Source: an uncultured virus (IMG/VR IMGVR_UViG_3300042898_006229)
Taxonomy: Duplodnaviria > Heunggongvirae > Uroviricota > Caudoviricetes
Length of the DNA stretch: 64,000 nt
IMG/VR virus record: IMGVR_UViG_3300042898_006229
Reading direction: 5' to 3' (one strand)
Below, one piece after another: positions 1 to 11,492 of this stretch (within the stretch, counting starts at the first letter, position 1; each line of letters begins with the position of its first letter). The translations under genes and the position numbers were made by a program. Under the pieces are notes generated by a model. It ran no database searches. It worked only from the letters and a program-made list of their open reading frames with translations, and was not told where the DNA came from.

Positions 1-1
1 A

Positions 2-1732
2 ATTGTTTCTTATTCATACAACACCAATTTACTAAACTCAACTTGGAGATCTTACACTGGTTCTGGCATCACTTGGACAGATCTTGGAGACATTGAAAGC
101 TACAATTTTATTGCTTATAGAGGTCAAGCCCAAGCGATAAATTACACAGGTGCAATTGGTAGTTCATTTGTTCCACCAACAGGATTTACAAATAGTTCTG
201 TCACTTTTGAAGGTGCAGTTTTAGCTTCAAAAGACGGTGCTTTATCATTTAGAATAGACAGTAGTGTTGGATATAATTTATTTGTCAATGATACTTTGCA
301 GATAAGTAATTACAATCAATCAACAATTTTATCAACACTTTATTCTGCAAATGCTTTCAATGTTCTTGAGGGTGATATCTTAAAAATCAAGCTACAAACA
401 ACTAATAATGTTGGTTCTGGCACTACTTTTAAATTTTTATGGCAGAAAAATACTGGAGAAACTTTTGAGGCAGTCCCAGCTTCACAATTTTATGGCTCAA
501 GTAAAATCAAGTCAGTAACAGCAATTGGTAATACATTTTATGGCGCTGGTATGGACGGTAGTATTTACGAATTCACAACTACCGCATATGAAAATAATAG
601 TAGATACATTTATGCTAGATTTAAAGATCAAGCTGGAAACATTCAGGGTGTATCTCTACCAGCAAACTCAAGTGGATTCCCTGTTATCAGCGACAGAATG
701 ATCCAAGTGGCTAATACTGCAAACAACACAAGTTCATTCATTCAATACACAAATACTACTGTTGTTTCAAATACAAATACGACAATCAACCCTGTAACTG
801 GAAATACACAAAACAACCAAACTAATAATCCGACACAAGGGCAAGTAAATGCTGGGACTGGATCGACAACAACAACGAATACTAATACTAATAACCAGAA
901 TTTATCTACAACTAATAATTCAGGTGTTATCTATCAAATTCAAAAGAATGCTGACAACTCGCTATCTAGGAAGGGGATTTATGTTCCCCCTTCAAGAGCT
1001 TACCCAGTTTACGCTCCTGACCGTAAAATCAGAGAGTATGGCATTTATGAAGTTCAGCCAATATATGTACCAACACTTATTACTTGGACACAGATTGTTG
1101 CCTTAATCCTTAACAAGTATCCATCTACTCCAGATACAACTTTGGATAATGGAACTCAAGTTAAGATTTATGTAAAGACTGGAAATACAAGAGCTGAATG
1201 TATAGCAGCTTCTTATGGTGATGCTCAATCATTATCAAGCATCAATGATAGTTTAGCTCCAACAACTGCACAATCTTTGGCTGTAGATCTTTCAGCATAT
1301 TCTGGAAAATGGTTGCAATATAAGGTCGAACTTATTACAGCAACACCTAACATCACTCCAGAATTGTTATCATTGACTCTTTCATACACATCATCTTCGG
1401 GAAGTTACTTCTTTACCAGAATGTTTGATACTGCTAATTATGACACTGATGCTCCAATGATCAAAAGAGGTTTACTCTCTTCTAACGAATTAAAAAACAA
1501 TGGTAGCATCGTGTACGGATATACAACATCTGATGACACGAATGAAACATTCAATTTTGCTAACTTCACAGTAATTGATCCGAACCAAACTTTCGAATTA
1601 CCAGAAGCATCAAGCAAAATCAGATTCGGAATTTTCCTTACAAGCGTAGGATCAACTCCATCTATGGTGTATGATTTTGCCGTACAACTTGATATAGGAG
1701 ATGCTAGCATTAAATTTAATCCAACTCCGTAG
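2..1732 (+). CDS. Large virion structural protein, 5'-truncated at the window edge, with a PA14-like segment and an N/T/Q-rich linker
   Basis: The frame of ORF 296..1732 is open back to base 2. The upstream part reads FEGAVLASKDGALSFRIDSSVGYNLFVND (PA14-like). Also YARFKDQAGN (Ig-like end) and WLQYKVEL..TP.L (typical of phage structural C-termini). Confidence 0.6.
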   Translation: MVSYSYNTNLLNSTWRSYTGSGITWTDLGDIESYNFIAYRGQAQAINYTGAIGSSFVPPTGFTNSSVTFEGAVLASKDGALSFRIDSSVGYNLFVNDTLQISNYNQSTILSTLYSANAFNVLEGDILKIKLQTTNNVGSGTTFKFLWQKNTGETFEAVPASQFYGSSKIKSVTAIGNTFYGAGMDGSIYEFTTTAYENNSRYIYARFKDQAGNIQGVSLPANSSGFPVISDRMIQVANTANNTSSFIQYTNTTVVSNTNTTINPVTGNTQNNQTNNPTQGQVNAGTGSTTTTNTNTNNQNLSTTNNSGVIYQIQKNADNSLSRKGIYVPPSRAYPVYAPDRKIREYGIYEVQPIYVPTLITWTQIVALILNKYPSTPDTTLDNGTQVKIYVKTGNTRAECIAASYGDAQSLSSINDSLAPTTAQSLAVDLSAYSGKWLQYKVELITATPNITPELLSLTLSYTSSSGSYFFTRMFDTANYDTDAPMIKRGLLSSNELKNNGSIVYGYTTSDDTNETFNFANFTVIDPNQTFELPEASSKIRFGIFLTSVGSTPSMVYDFAVQLDIGDASIKFNPTP

Positions 1733-1738
1733 GTAGTA

Positions 1739-4700
1739 ATGGCTAATCGTACATCAATTTACAAGTTTTTATATTCACAATTTGGCGATATTTGGTATCC
1801 AGGTTATGACTATGAAAATATGCTTACAGCTGAAACTAATTTTTCAGGCATATACTCTTTTTTTGGTCCTGGAATTATTAATGGCTGGGATGTATCTAAA
1901 TTAACAGACAATAGATCTGATCAAATATTACTCTTAGATGGATATAATACAAGTGCCACAAGTGAGTATGGACAGAAATTATCATTACTCGATCTTAGTT
2001 TCACAGTATCTTGTTTAGCAGCTACCACTTCAAATATTACTCTTTCTGGCACACAAACAATTGATGGAGTTTCTGTTGTTGCTGGTAATATTGTATTTGT
2101 AAAAAATCAATCCACAGCTTCACAAAATGGCGTTTATACTGTATCTGCTTCAACTTGGACCAGACATTCAAGCCTTGACACAACATCTGATTATTCTGAT
2201 AATTTTGTTGTTTATGTAAGTTCTGGATCAACCAATGAAAAAACACTTTGGCTTGGCGCAGTTTCATCAACAAGCTTCACACTAGGCTCATCGAATCTTT
2301 ATTTCCAAGATGCTTTCAAACAATGTATCAAAATAAGCACTGGTGATGGAATTATTGATAAATATGCTGCCAAAACCGAAAAACCACGCTACTTTAGACA
2401 AACAATAGCAAATACTTTTTATGCCTGGGCTGAATCTGGAATATCAACCTTATCAGATGAAATTTGTAATATTTCTTTTCCATCAATTCCAGACTCCAAA
2501 TACAACACCTATTCTAATGCAGTATATCTAGCAACAGTAATTTACAAAGCAGATACAATTTACACTGATTTCAATACTGTTTCAGAAATCGTTTACGAAG
2601 AAAGAAGAAATCAAATAAACGAAACTGCTGGAGAATTTCAAAGACAGCTTCAATTATCTTATTTGAAACATAAACATCTTGGTGAAATAAATACTGCAGC
2701 AAAGATAGATCTTGGAAATTATTTGGTGTTGACAGCTTCTTCTAATGATGGAAGTTCTAGTTATGAGAATAATTCTATTTTTATATTGAGGAATGCTGAT
2801 GGTACATTATTCAACGACACCATTTCTTCTTACGGCACACCAATTGTAAAACTTGATGGCATTTCTCTTTCCAGTTTAGATTACACAATTAGTGAATCAA
2901 GCAGCCCATATAAGATTTATCTGAGCCAAAGCATCAAATCAACATCCAAACTCGAAGTGTATTTACCATATGCTGTTGACAAGACTTTGATTGCAGTAAA
3001 TGCTAGTCAACAAATATTGTCTACAGCTTTAACACTAAATACATACATAAAATTGAGTGATGGAACAATTTACCAATCAACTGACGCTACTGGTTTAACC
3101 ACTGACCTTTACACCCTATTTGCTTGGACAGATTTTCAATATGACACTGCTGAAGTTTACTTGGCGCAAACATTGATAGATCCAGTGCACTATACAATCA
3201 ATCCTTATTCTGGTTGTATTTTGCTTAAGAATACAATTCCAAATTATGCTCAATATACTTTCCTTGATCTATCTGTTGTAATTAAAGCACGTAAAACTGA
3301 AATTAAGAACGATCTTACAAACGACTATATAAAGAATTTATCTGCCAACAGCGTATCTACAGGCAAGATATCAATAAATAATTTAAAAATTAATCATTAC
3401 AGCGAGAATAGATATAAGCAACCTTTGACTTTTACTCCAGATAAATTTTTAACCACTGGAATTGGCAAGTCATATTTATATCCTCAAAACACAAATTCTT
3501 ACATCCAATACAATGATAATATTAGCGCTTTTTATAAGAGTGCAAACATTATCACTAGCTTGAATTTAATTTATGCTGCGTCTTCTAGAGGATTGTTTAG
3601 CTTCAATTTAGGTAGCAATACAGCACAAAAAACTAACTGGCAAAATGATTATGGAAAGATTTTATCGCTCCAAGATAACATAATTTATCCAACAAATGAA
3701 AATTATTTTAAAAATGTTTATGCTTTCACTTCATTAGGCAAAGTTTATTACAACAATACAAGTAATGTTTGGGAAGATCTAAAATTACCAACAGACTCTA
3801 GTGGAATTGCAAAAACATTAGTTGGCTTCAAGATTTCTTCTGATAAATTAGCTAACGGAACATATCAAACTTATCAATATGGTTTGACATCAGATCAAGC
3901 TTACTATGCTATTATTCCTGACAATACAGCATATCAAAACTGGAATTGGAATGAAGTTTCTACCTTTTACAATTCTTCTGGTGTGGCAATAACAAATATT
4001 TACAATCTTTCTGGAATTGAAGAATTATCAACGCAGAAGATCACATTTGTTGCTGGCGAGACTGACGATATCACAATTCAAAGAGCCTTGTATGTTGGAG
4101 CAATTGGAACTAGTACTAAAGGTTTGTACTATGGTGATTTCAGCCAATTATCTCAAATATTTAACGAGCCAGTAAAGGGAATTTATTGGATCAAAGATGG
4201 CGCATACAAAAATAATATTATCTGGTGGAATGATTATCAGGCATTTATCACTCACACAGCAAAGTATTATGAAGATGCTATAGGTAAGTATTGGTCTCTT
4301 CCATTCTCACAATCCACAACATCTTTCTCAAATGCTTTATGCGCCACTACAGAAGATATAGATCTCACTGGTACACAAACTATCGATGGTGTCGCTGTTA
4401 GTGCTGGCAATATTGTTCTTGTAAAAAATCAAACCAACAAAGCAGAAAATGGAATTTATGTTGCATCTGCTGGAAGTTGGACTAGATCTACCGAACTTGA
4501 TGTAAATGCTGAATTTATTAATTGGAAGACAGTATTTGTATCAAGCGGAACTGTAAATGGTGACAGTACTTGGTATCTTGTTGTTGAAGATACTTTTGAT
4601 TTTGGCACTTCTGATGTCCTATGGGAAGTTCAAAGACTAAAGATTTATCAAAACTCAACACCTTCTGGAGCTGGCGCAAGTAGTGTCATCAATTGTGTTG

Positions 4701-7700
4701 CTCAAAGAAATTCAACAACATTCCAAACAGATTACTTCATTGGACATTCTAATGGAATTGCAAGAGTTCAAGAAGCATCTTTGGGAACATCTGTAGCCTA
4801 TAGTGAACTTTTCTGGGAGCCTATTTTCCAAGGTTCAGCGAATACACTTTACAGTTTTGATGATGGTAGTAATTTTGGTAAGTTATATGCTGGAACAACT
4901 AATGGCATCTTTGTTAGCACTGAACTTTTATGGCAAGATGTAAACGTATCTAGTACAGTTTCTTTGAATTATAGCTGGAAGAGACCTAACGACACATTCT
5001 TTGAAAATGAAACAGAATTCGCAGTATTTGATAAAGATTACAACCAAATCACCAACTTTACTTTGAATTATCCTTATCAAATGGTGGCTATGGGATCTTC
5101 TTATGTTCCTGGCGATCAAGTTTACTACGAGAAGAGTTTCAATACATTTACCACTGACTCTTGGAATGACACACAAACAGATAGCACTAGACTTTTCACT
5201 TACATAAACAATGAGCCTAGCATTATTCCATTTTATTCCAGCCCATCTGAAGGCAAAATTACTTTTACACAGTCAGTATTGAAGAGTGATATTGATAATG
5301 TTAAGATATCTATAGTAAATGATTTCCCAACATTATCTGATGCTGGAACAAAGCCTCATTCTTCCACTTATGTACCCCTATATAAAACAAAAACACCTAT
5401 TGCATTACTAGCGAAGGCAAACTCTAACACTGATACTAAAATCTATGTAAATCAAAGAATTAGCGATTATTCTCTGATTGAATTAAAAGCTGGTAATAAG
5501 TATGAGATAGCAGTGGTAAAATCTGTAGACAATAATGTTTATCCCATTGAAATTACCTTATCAGTAGCAAGACTTACCAGCACAACTACTTATGATGTTG
5601 GCGCCGAAGTTTATGGAATCAAAAACGAAATTGTATCTGGATTAGAAGATGACTTATATCTTGCTATTTCTAACCAAACTTACAATTTAGCATCAGAGAA
5701 CAATTCTAATATTCAAGAATTAGCAAGAAAAATAAAATCATTAAATTCGACTATTTTTGATTTTACTGCACCAATAATTTCACAGACAGACACCAGAGGC
5801 TTGAAAAATACATTGCTAATTGATAATTTTTCAAGTAATGCTAAATTTGATAGCTTGAATTCATCATTCAAAAATAGAACTCAACTCATCCCTACTGCTA
5901 ATGATTTTGAAAGCGATCCAATCCAAGTGAAGGGAATAGTTGGGCTTACAAAAGATGGCACTGGAACAAGAATCATTACAGAGAAAGGTGTTTGGAAATA
6001 TACTGGATATTGGGAACTTGAAAGCACATTAGATGGCGCTTTTGATGCTAATTATATCACACTTAATCCTAATCTTGAAGTAATTGCTGGTGCTTCTAAT
6101 GGTCTTTGGAAATATGATGGTTCTTGGACAAAACAAACATCATCAGCAAGACAAAATGCTTATCTTACAGGCTTTTGGAATGGCATTTTATTCGAAGCTT
6201 TTGCAACAAGTGATGGATTTAGTGTTAAGTTAGGAACAACCAATTTTTTATCTGATTTCTTGAAACTTACCACTAACAATGTAAATGGAATTTATAAAGG
6301 CACATATTTTAAGAACAGTTTAGGCAATGTCCAAGAATTCGAAAGCTTACACGCATCAGGAGATGATGGCTATTATGTAATGGGTAATGATACTCAATTT
6401 GCATCATTCTCATCATTCCTTGTGCCTAGAAAAATGTTTATTGCTGGCAATCCTGAAGGTGTAAACAAGTATTACAAATCTTTCCAAGCATATAGCGTTC
6501 CTTCTTCAACAAATAAAACCACTTATGCAAATCCATTATTCATCCTTACAAATGATGGAATTTTAAAGGTAAGAAACTGGAAATATTCTTACCCTGATGA
6601 TGTAAATTCTTCTGATTTTATTGTTGATAGTAGATTCTTGAGAGGGCTTCATTGTTTCTCTTATGCTATTGACACTGAAGCTGCTGTTGGAAATACTCCT
6701 GGAAAATCCAAAATTTACATCGGAACAAATGATGGAGTTTACAGATCTTTTGATGAGGGTAATACTTTTGAAAGATCTGATTACATTGGTACACTTCCTG
6801 CTTGTGTTTATGATCTTCAAGTATTTTCATCAACATTCAACTCTATCACTCAAAATGTTTTGGTTGCTTGTACTAATAATGGAATTTGGTATACTCTTGA
6901 TGATGGTGATTGCTGGTATAGAACTGGCGAAAATACAAGTGAAGGTTATAGCCCAGTTTTATTCTCATCTAAGCCTTCAAATGACATAAGATTTATAGCA
7001 AGTGATAGTGGTTCTGTTGGATATTTAGCACAAACATTCACCACTTCATCAACAGCTAGTACAATTTCAAAAGTTTCTGCATTCTTGTCAATTAGAGATC
7101 AAGACAGTCTTTCAAATTCTTCTTACAATGATAGTTTAGCAAATACAACTCTTACTGCTTATGTTTATTCTGTTGATGCTAATGTAAGACCGCAAACTCA
7201 ATTGGCTGCTTCAAGTCCTATTACATCTTCTAGTGTAAATGTTGGTGGTTTTACTAGTTTCAATCTTATAAGCGCATTAGATATACCAGGGACAGGATCA
7301 ACGACTTTAGCTCTTGTTATTAAAGAAACTGCAAGCTCTGTTCCTTTATTCAAGTGGAAAAAAGCATCTACAAGCAATCCATTTTCAGGTTTAGGATATT
7401 CAAGTTCAAATGCTGTTAGTTGGTCTGGAGTAAGCACAAGTTATGACTTCTTTTTCCAAGCACACTATGACAATGCATATGCTCCAACAGAAACTATCGT
7501 TCCTATTGGCAATTACGATAACTCTGAAGTAAATTGGAACAGTGGTGTTGGAAGTGGTATTACGTCTGGTAATGATGGTTATTTATATCTTAAACCAAAA
7601 TTTGTTATTTCTACTGTTTTCGATAATTCTGCTTCTATGGAAATGTCATCAGGATTTGTAAGTGGTTTCAACAATCTTTTCACAAATATTCTGAATAGAA

Positions 7701-9955
7701 CAAATGATCCTGTAAATGGTCAGTTGTCTTTTGTTGATTTATGGACTTTTGGCACTTCTATCAAACACGAAACTGGAAACGGTTTTACGAATTCAGGAAC
7801 AGCCATCACATCAATAATTAGTTCTTTGAAAATCAATGGTGACAATAGCAATCTTTATAACTGTCTTGAATATGCTTTGATTGGCCAGCAACCAGCAGCA
7901 ATTCCAAATAGTTCTATAGACTCAAAACAAGAAATGGATTTATTGTCCAGTTCTTATATTCCATTAACATTTATTATTTCTGATGCTGATAATAATACGA
8001 CAGTTTCTTTAAAAAGTATTGAAGATAACATAAATTATAGTTGGAATAATCGTGGTACAAAATTAGTTGCATTTGGTGTTGATGATAAAACCAACACTGG
8101 AAGTTTGAGACAATTGGTACAGAATACAGGCGGATTGTATTTTGATGCTTCTAGTTCTTATTGGTCAGGAATTACCACTGCTTTATTGCATGGTGGATCC
8201 AACACATTATTTGCAGGTTCTTGGAATAAATCTGTAGAATTTGTCACACCTAAATTTATCAAGTCAATTACCACTGCATACACGGTTTCTACAGGTCAAA
8301 GTGTAGATAGTTCTTGCACAGTTAAATACAAGTATTCCTCTGATAAAAAGAATTACAGTGATTGGAATATCCTTACCTCAACATCAACACTTAATAAAGA
8401 AATTACAAATTTAAGTTTCCAAATTGATATGGCAGAAGGATGGAATAATGCTACAAGTCTTCCTGTTTCTCCATATGTCACTCAATTGTATTACACAGAA
8501 GTATCTCCAGCTGTCAACTATTTCTTTACAACTGCCCTTATTTCCACAGATGATATTTTTGAATATATTCTTTCAACAGACTATTCTGACACTGATAAGG
8601 CAAAATTAACTTGGGGTATTTGCAAGGGTAATAGTACAAATTGGAATGATTATGAAGAGCTTATAAAAAACAAAAATGGAATAATTTCTTCAAGACAAAG
8701 ATCATATAAATATACAAACGCTCTATTTTATGACAAACTCACTTCTATCAAGTCTGTAAATAATAATTTTACTTATTTTGTCTACAATGATAATGCTAGA
8801 TTTACTTGGCTTCTTTCTGACACTGTTGAAGTTTATTTAAATTCTTCTCTTGTCAGCACTAATCTTTACACAATTGACAATGTAAATGGAACTATTACTT
8901 TTAGACAAGAAGTGCCAACAGGAAATATTATTCAAGTTTCAATTAGCAGAACAGGATCAAGATATGAAGCTTATGGAGAAGGCACTGTTTCCACTGATTA
9001 TAAGAACTATTATGTTGTAAATGGTAGATGGCCTGAAGATAGCAAAGTTGTAGTACTAGTAAATAATGAGATAGTTCGTGGTGGATACAAATTAGACAGA
9101 TATGATGGCAAAATTATATTTGACACTAACAAATCTGCAAGCGATATCATCACTGTATTTGTTCTTCAAGGGTCAACATATAGATTGGGATTAAAGGTAG
9201 AGACATATTCTTCTACTGCATCAACAACTTATAATTTTGAATTTACTCATAATACAGTGACTAATTCAAATGTATATTCTCATTATTTGAATACAAACAT
9301 TCCATCATTGAAAGCTGAAAGTTTGGTCTTGAATTCAGATATTTCTTATGCTTCCGTTGGATCTACGAAACAAATTGCCAGTGCTTCTAGAATGTATGTT
9401 GATTACAATTATATTTCTGAAAATCAACAATACAAACCAAGAACAAGATGGTACAGAACAAGAACATCTGGTGGCGGAACAACTACCGTAGAATTAGACT
9501 CCACACCTAATTACAGAGATAGATTGGTTCAAAGGAAAGCAGATTTGAGTGCTGCTAATGGATATTTCAATGTTAATGATCAAGTATATGTAACTCTTGA
9601 GCCAAATGATAATTTTGATTATGGAATTACTTATACTTCTCAACCGATAATTGTCAAGAGTTTATCTGCACCTTATGTTTATGACGTTCAAATAAAATCT
9701 ACAAATATAATAGTTGATAATAAGATTTCTGCAAACAGTGTTCTTCAAGCGTATTATAACTTCAATGGTACTTCAGATTTATCTACTATTGAGTGGTTTG
9801 AATGGACTAATGGGGTATCAAATAAAATAGCTGAAGGTAGTCTTTTAAATTCAGCTGTTGTTTTAAGAAATATGGCGATTTCATTTATAGTCAGACCTTA
9901 TGATGGAACAATTTATGGAATACCAATTGAAAGCCAAATACTTAATATAATTTAA
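1739..9955 (+). CDS. 2738-aa virion/baseplate-associated protein: two decoration-type repeats, beta-propeller-like region, vWA domain
   Basis: Two copies of AT..I.L.GTQTIDGV.V.AG..V.VKNQ....NG.Y...W.R. Asp-box-like YRSFDEG and YTLDDG. vWA MIDAS-like VFDNSAS...IISDAD. Confidence 0.6.
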   Translation: MANRTSIYKFLYSQFGDIWYPGYDYENMLTAETNFSGIYSFFGPGIINGWDVSKLTDNRSDQILLLDGYNTSATSEYGQKLSLLDLSFTVSCLAATTSNITLSGTQTIDGVSVVAGNIVFVKNQSTASQNGVYTVSASTWTRHSSLDTTSDYSDNFVVYVSSGSTNEKTLWLGAVSSTSFTLGSSNLYFQDAFKQCIKISTGDGIIDKYAAKTEKPRYFRQTIANTFYAWAESGISTLSDEICNISFPSIPDSKYNTYSNAVYLATVIYKADTIYTDFNTVSEIVYEERRNQINETAGEFQRQLQLSYLKHKHLGEINTAAKIDLGNYLVLTASSNDGSSSYENNSIFILRNADGTLFNDTISSYGTPIVKLDGISLSSLDYTISESSSPYKIYLSQSIKSTSKLEVYLPYAVDKTLIAVNASQQILSTALTLNTYIKLSDGTIYQSTDATGLTTDLYTLFAWTDFQYDTAEVYLAQTLIDPVHYTINPYSGCILLKNTIPNYAQYTFLDLSVVIKARKTEIKNDLTNDYIKNLSANSVSTGKISINNLKINHYSENRYKQPLTFTPDKFLTTGIGKSYLYPQNTNSYIQYNDNISAFYKSANIITSLNLIYAASSRGLFSFNLGSNTAQKTNWQNDYGKILSLQDNIIYPTNENYFKNVYAFTSLGKVYYNNTSNVWEDLKLPTDSSGIAKTLVGFKISSDKLANGTYQTYQYGLTSDQAYYAIIPDNTAYQNWNWNEVSTFYNSSGVAITNIYNLSGIEELSTQKITFVAGETDDITIQRALYVGAIGTSTKGLYYGDFSQLSQIFNEPVKGIYWIKDGAYKNNIIWWNDYQAFITHTAKYYEDAIGKYWSLPFSQSTTSFSNALCATTEDIDLTGTQTIDGVAVSAGNIVLVKNQTNKAENGIYVASAGSWTRSTELDVNAEFINWKTVFVSSGTVNGDSTWYLVVEDTFDFGTSDVLWEVQRLKIYQNSTPSGAGASSVINCVAQRNSTTFQTDYFIGHSNGIARVQEASLGTSVAYSELFWEPIFQGSANTLYSFDDGSNFGKLYAGTTNGIFVSTELLWQDVNVSSTVSLNYSWKRPNDTFFENETEFAVFDKDYNQITNFTLNYPYQMVAMGSSYVPGDQVYYEKSFNTFTTDSWNDTQTDSTRLFTYINNEPSIIPFYSSPSEGKITFTQSVLKSDIDNVKISIVNDFPTLSDAGTKPHSSTYVPLYKTKTPIALLAKANSNTDTKIYVNQRISDYSLIELKAGNKYEIAVVKSVDNNVYPIEITLSVARLTSTTTYDVGAEVYGIKNEIVSGLEDDLYLAISNQTYNLASENNSNIQELARKIKSLNSTIFDFTAPIISQTDTRGLKNTLLIDNFSSNAKFDSLNSSFKNRTQLIPTANDFESDPIQVKGIVGLTKDGTGTRIITEKGVWKYTGYWELESTLDGAFDANYITLNPNLEVIAGASNGLWKYDGSWTKQTSSARQNAYLTGFWNGILFEAFATSDGFSVKLGTTNFLSDFLKLTTNNVNGIYKGTYFKNSLGNVQEFESLHASGDDGYYVMGNDTQFASFSSFLVPRKMFIAGNPEGVNKYYKSFQAYSVPSSTNKTTYANPLFILTNDGILKVRNWKYSYPDDVNSSDFIVDSRFLRGLHCFSYAIDTEAAVGNTPGKSKIYIGTNDGVYRSFDEGNTFERSDYIGTLPACVYDLQVFSSTFNSITQNVLVACTNNGIWYTLDDGDCWYRTGENTSEGYSPVLFSSKPSNDIRFIASDSGSVGYLAQTFTTSSTASTISKVSAFLSIRDQDSLSNSSYNDSLANTTLTAYVYSVDANVRPQTQLAASSPITSSSVNVGGFTSFNLISALDIPGTGSTTLALVIKETASSVPLFKWKKASTSNPFSGLGYSSSNAVSWSGVSTSYDFFFQAHYDNAYAPTETIVPIGNYDNSEVNWNSGVGSGITSGNDGYLYLKPKFVISTVFDNSASMEMSSGFVSGFNNLFTNILNRTNDPVNGQLSFVDLWTFGTSIKHETGNGFTNSGTAITSIISSLKINGDNSNLYNCLEYALIGQQPAAIPNSSIDSKQEMDLLSSSYIPLTFIISDADNNTTVSLKSIEDNINYSWNNRGTKLVAFGVDDKTNTGSLRQLVQNTGGLYFDASSSYWSGITTALLHGGSNTLFAGSWNKSVEFVTPKFIKSITTAYTVSTGQSVDSSCTVKYKYSSDKKNYSDWNILTSTSTLNKEITNLSFQIDMAEGWNNATSLPVSPYVTQLYYTEVSPAVNYFFTTALISTDDIFEYILSTDYSDTDKAKLTWGICKGNSTNWNDYEELIKNKNGIISSRQRSYKYTNALFYDKLTSIKSVNNNFTYFVYNDNARFTWLLSDTVEVYLNSSLVSTNLYTIDNVNGTITFRQEVPTGNIIQVSISRTGSRYEAYGEGTVSTDYKNYYVVNGRWPEDSKVVVLVNNEIVRGGYKLDRYDGKIIFDTNKSASDIITVFVLQGSTYRLGLKVETYSSTASTTYNFEFTHNTVTNSNVYSHYLNTNIPSLKAESLVLNSDISYASVGSTKQIASASRMYVDYNYISENQQYKPRTRWYRTRTSGGGTTTVELDSTPNYRDRLVQRKADLSAANGYFNVNDQVYVTLEPNDNFDYGITYTSQPIIVKSLSAPYVYDVQIKSTNIIVDNKISANSVLQAYYNFNGTSDLSTIEWFEWTNGVSNKIAEGSLLNSAVVLRNMAISFIVRPYDGTIYGIPIESQILNII

Positions 9956-9999
9956 AGGAATAAGGAAAAATATATAAAGAATAATATACTTGTATCGAG

Positions 10000-10971
10000 G
10001 TGAAAAAAATGCAAGATAAGATTCAATTTATTCCTGAAGAAGATTTAAAGGTTGTATCAGTTCCGTTCGCAGCTTTGTCTCAAACTCAAAACTGGGGTAT
10101 GGCTTTAGCAAATATCCAAGATGTTTGGTCAGTTTCAAAGCAAGGTGAAGGTATCAAAGTCGCAATTCTTGATACTGGGTTTTCAGAACACGCTGATTTA
10201 GTGGAAGCTTGGAAGGCTGATGAAGCTGTCAACTGTACATCTGAAGCAAGCGTAAATGATTCAGGTAGTGGACACGGAGTTCATGTTGCTGGAATTATTT
10301 CTGGTTCTGATAATGATTTTGGCGTAGTAGGTGTAGCACCGAAAGCAAAATGTTATTGCATTAGAGTTCTCGACAATAGTGGTGGTGGAAGTTACGATAC
10401 AATTGCAGCAGGATTAAGAAAAGCAATTGATTTAGAAGTTGACATTATTAATATGTCATTAGGAGCTCCATCTGCACCACCATCATTTATTCACGATTTG
10501 ATTAAAGAAGCAGTTTCCAAAGGAATTGTAGTTATAGCAGCTGCCGGAAACGACTCACACGCAGTAAATTACCCAGCAAGATACGATGAAGTTATTGCTG
10601 TTGCTGCATTAGATGAAAGTGGAAATTTAGCCACTTTCACTTCAAGGGATTTTACAGTAGACATTGTTGCTCCAGGCACTAATATTTATTCAACTCATTT
10701 GAATAATAACTATTGTAAAATGTCAGGCACAAGTCAATCAGCTCCATTTGTTGCTGGTATTTGTGCATTGATAAAAGCTGCATTGAAAAATCAGAATCTT
10801 CTACCAGAATTTGGAAACCAATTTTGTCAAGAAGATATGATGGTTGCATTGAGAAATATTTCAAGTTTACAAAATTATCAAGTTCAACCTGGAGAAGAAC
10901 AAAATTGGGGGCCTGGTGTTCCTAAACTTGCAAATATTGATTGGTCAAACATCACTGTTAAAAAATCTTAA
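10000..10971 (+). CDS. Subtilisin-like serine protease (S8)
   Basis: Catalytic motifs ILDTG, GHGVHVAG and SGTSQSAP, plus oxyanion motif AAAGN. No obvious signal peptide. The start may be ATG 10009. Confidence 0.95.
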   Translation: MKKMQDKIQFIPEEDLKVVSVPFAALSQTQNWGMALANIQDVWSVSKQGEGIKVAILDTGFSEHADLVEAWKADEAVNCTSEASVNDSGSGHGVHVAGIISGSDNDFGVVGVAPKAKCYCIRVLDNSGGGSYDTIAAGLRKAIDLEVDIINMSLGAPSAPPSFIHDLIKEAVSKGIVVIAAAGNDSHAVNYPARYDEVIAVAALDESGNLATFTSRDFTVDIVAPGTNIYSTHLNNNYCKMSGTSQSAPFVAGICALIKAALKNQNLLPEFGNQFCQEDMMVALRNISSLQNYQVQPGEEQNWGPGVPKLANIDWSNITVKKS

Positions 10972-11033
10972 CTACGAGCAAAAAGCTAAAAAAAAGAAAT
11001 GTCTTCAGCTCCTTTTACAACAAGAGGTGAAGC

Positions 11034-11492
11034 ATGAAAAAGAGATTAATTGTTTCTTTGGCGATTGGTTGTATATTGCTACTTTTAGCTTATTTTCAGC
11101 CTTATAAGTTAGTTGTAGTTATTGGACAATCGATGTATCCTACTTACAAAAGTGGGCAAATTTTGTTAGCTAAAAAGACTAAATATTTCAAAAAAAGCGA
11201 TGTAGTAGTTGCTTTGAGTGATGACAGATCCTTGATCGTTAAAAGAATACTTTATACTCCAGAAGAATATTACTATTATGTAATGAAGAAAGAAGGATAT
11301 TACAAGCTTATTATTGATAATTCATATCGTTCAATAGTGCAAACAAAAAATATTGATGATGCTTATACGCTAGAATTAAAAGTTCCAAAAAACCATTATT
11401 ATCTTATTGGAGATAATTTGGATAATTCAGATGATAGCAGAAGATTTGGAACTTTAGAAGAAAATGAGATTTTGTATAAAGTAATACAATGA
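11034..11492 (+). CDS. lepB: Signal peptidase I (S26 family)
   Basis: N-terminal TM helix, GQSMYPT (catalytic Ser), VKRI (catalytic Lys), GDNLDNSDDSR box E. SD GAGGTG upstream. Confidence 0.9.
   Translation: MKKRLIVSLAIGCILLLLAYFQPYKLVVVIGQSMYPTYKSGQILLAKKTKYFKKSDVVVALSDDRSLIVKRILYTPEEYYYYVMKKEGYYKLIIDNSYRSIVQTKNIDDAYTLELKVPKNHYYLIGDNLDNSDDSRRFGTLEENEILYKVIQ

Noticed and set aside
715..925. N/T/Q-rich low-complexity stretch as a distinct element
   Set aside because: In-frame flexible linker with no regular periodicity.
1730..1741. ORF1 and ORF2 are in frame, separated by a single TAG (possible readthrough or TAG recoding)
   Set aside because: Conserved genes contain no internal TAG and several TAG ends are followed by a second stop. 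An in-frame neighbour has a 1-in-3 chance.
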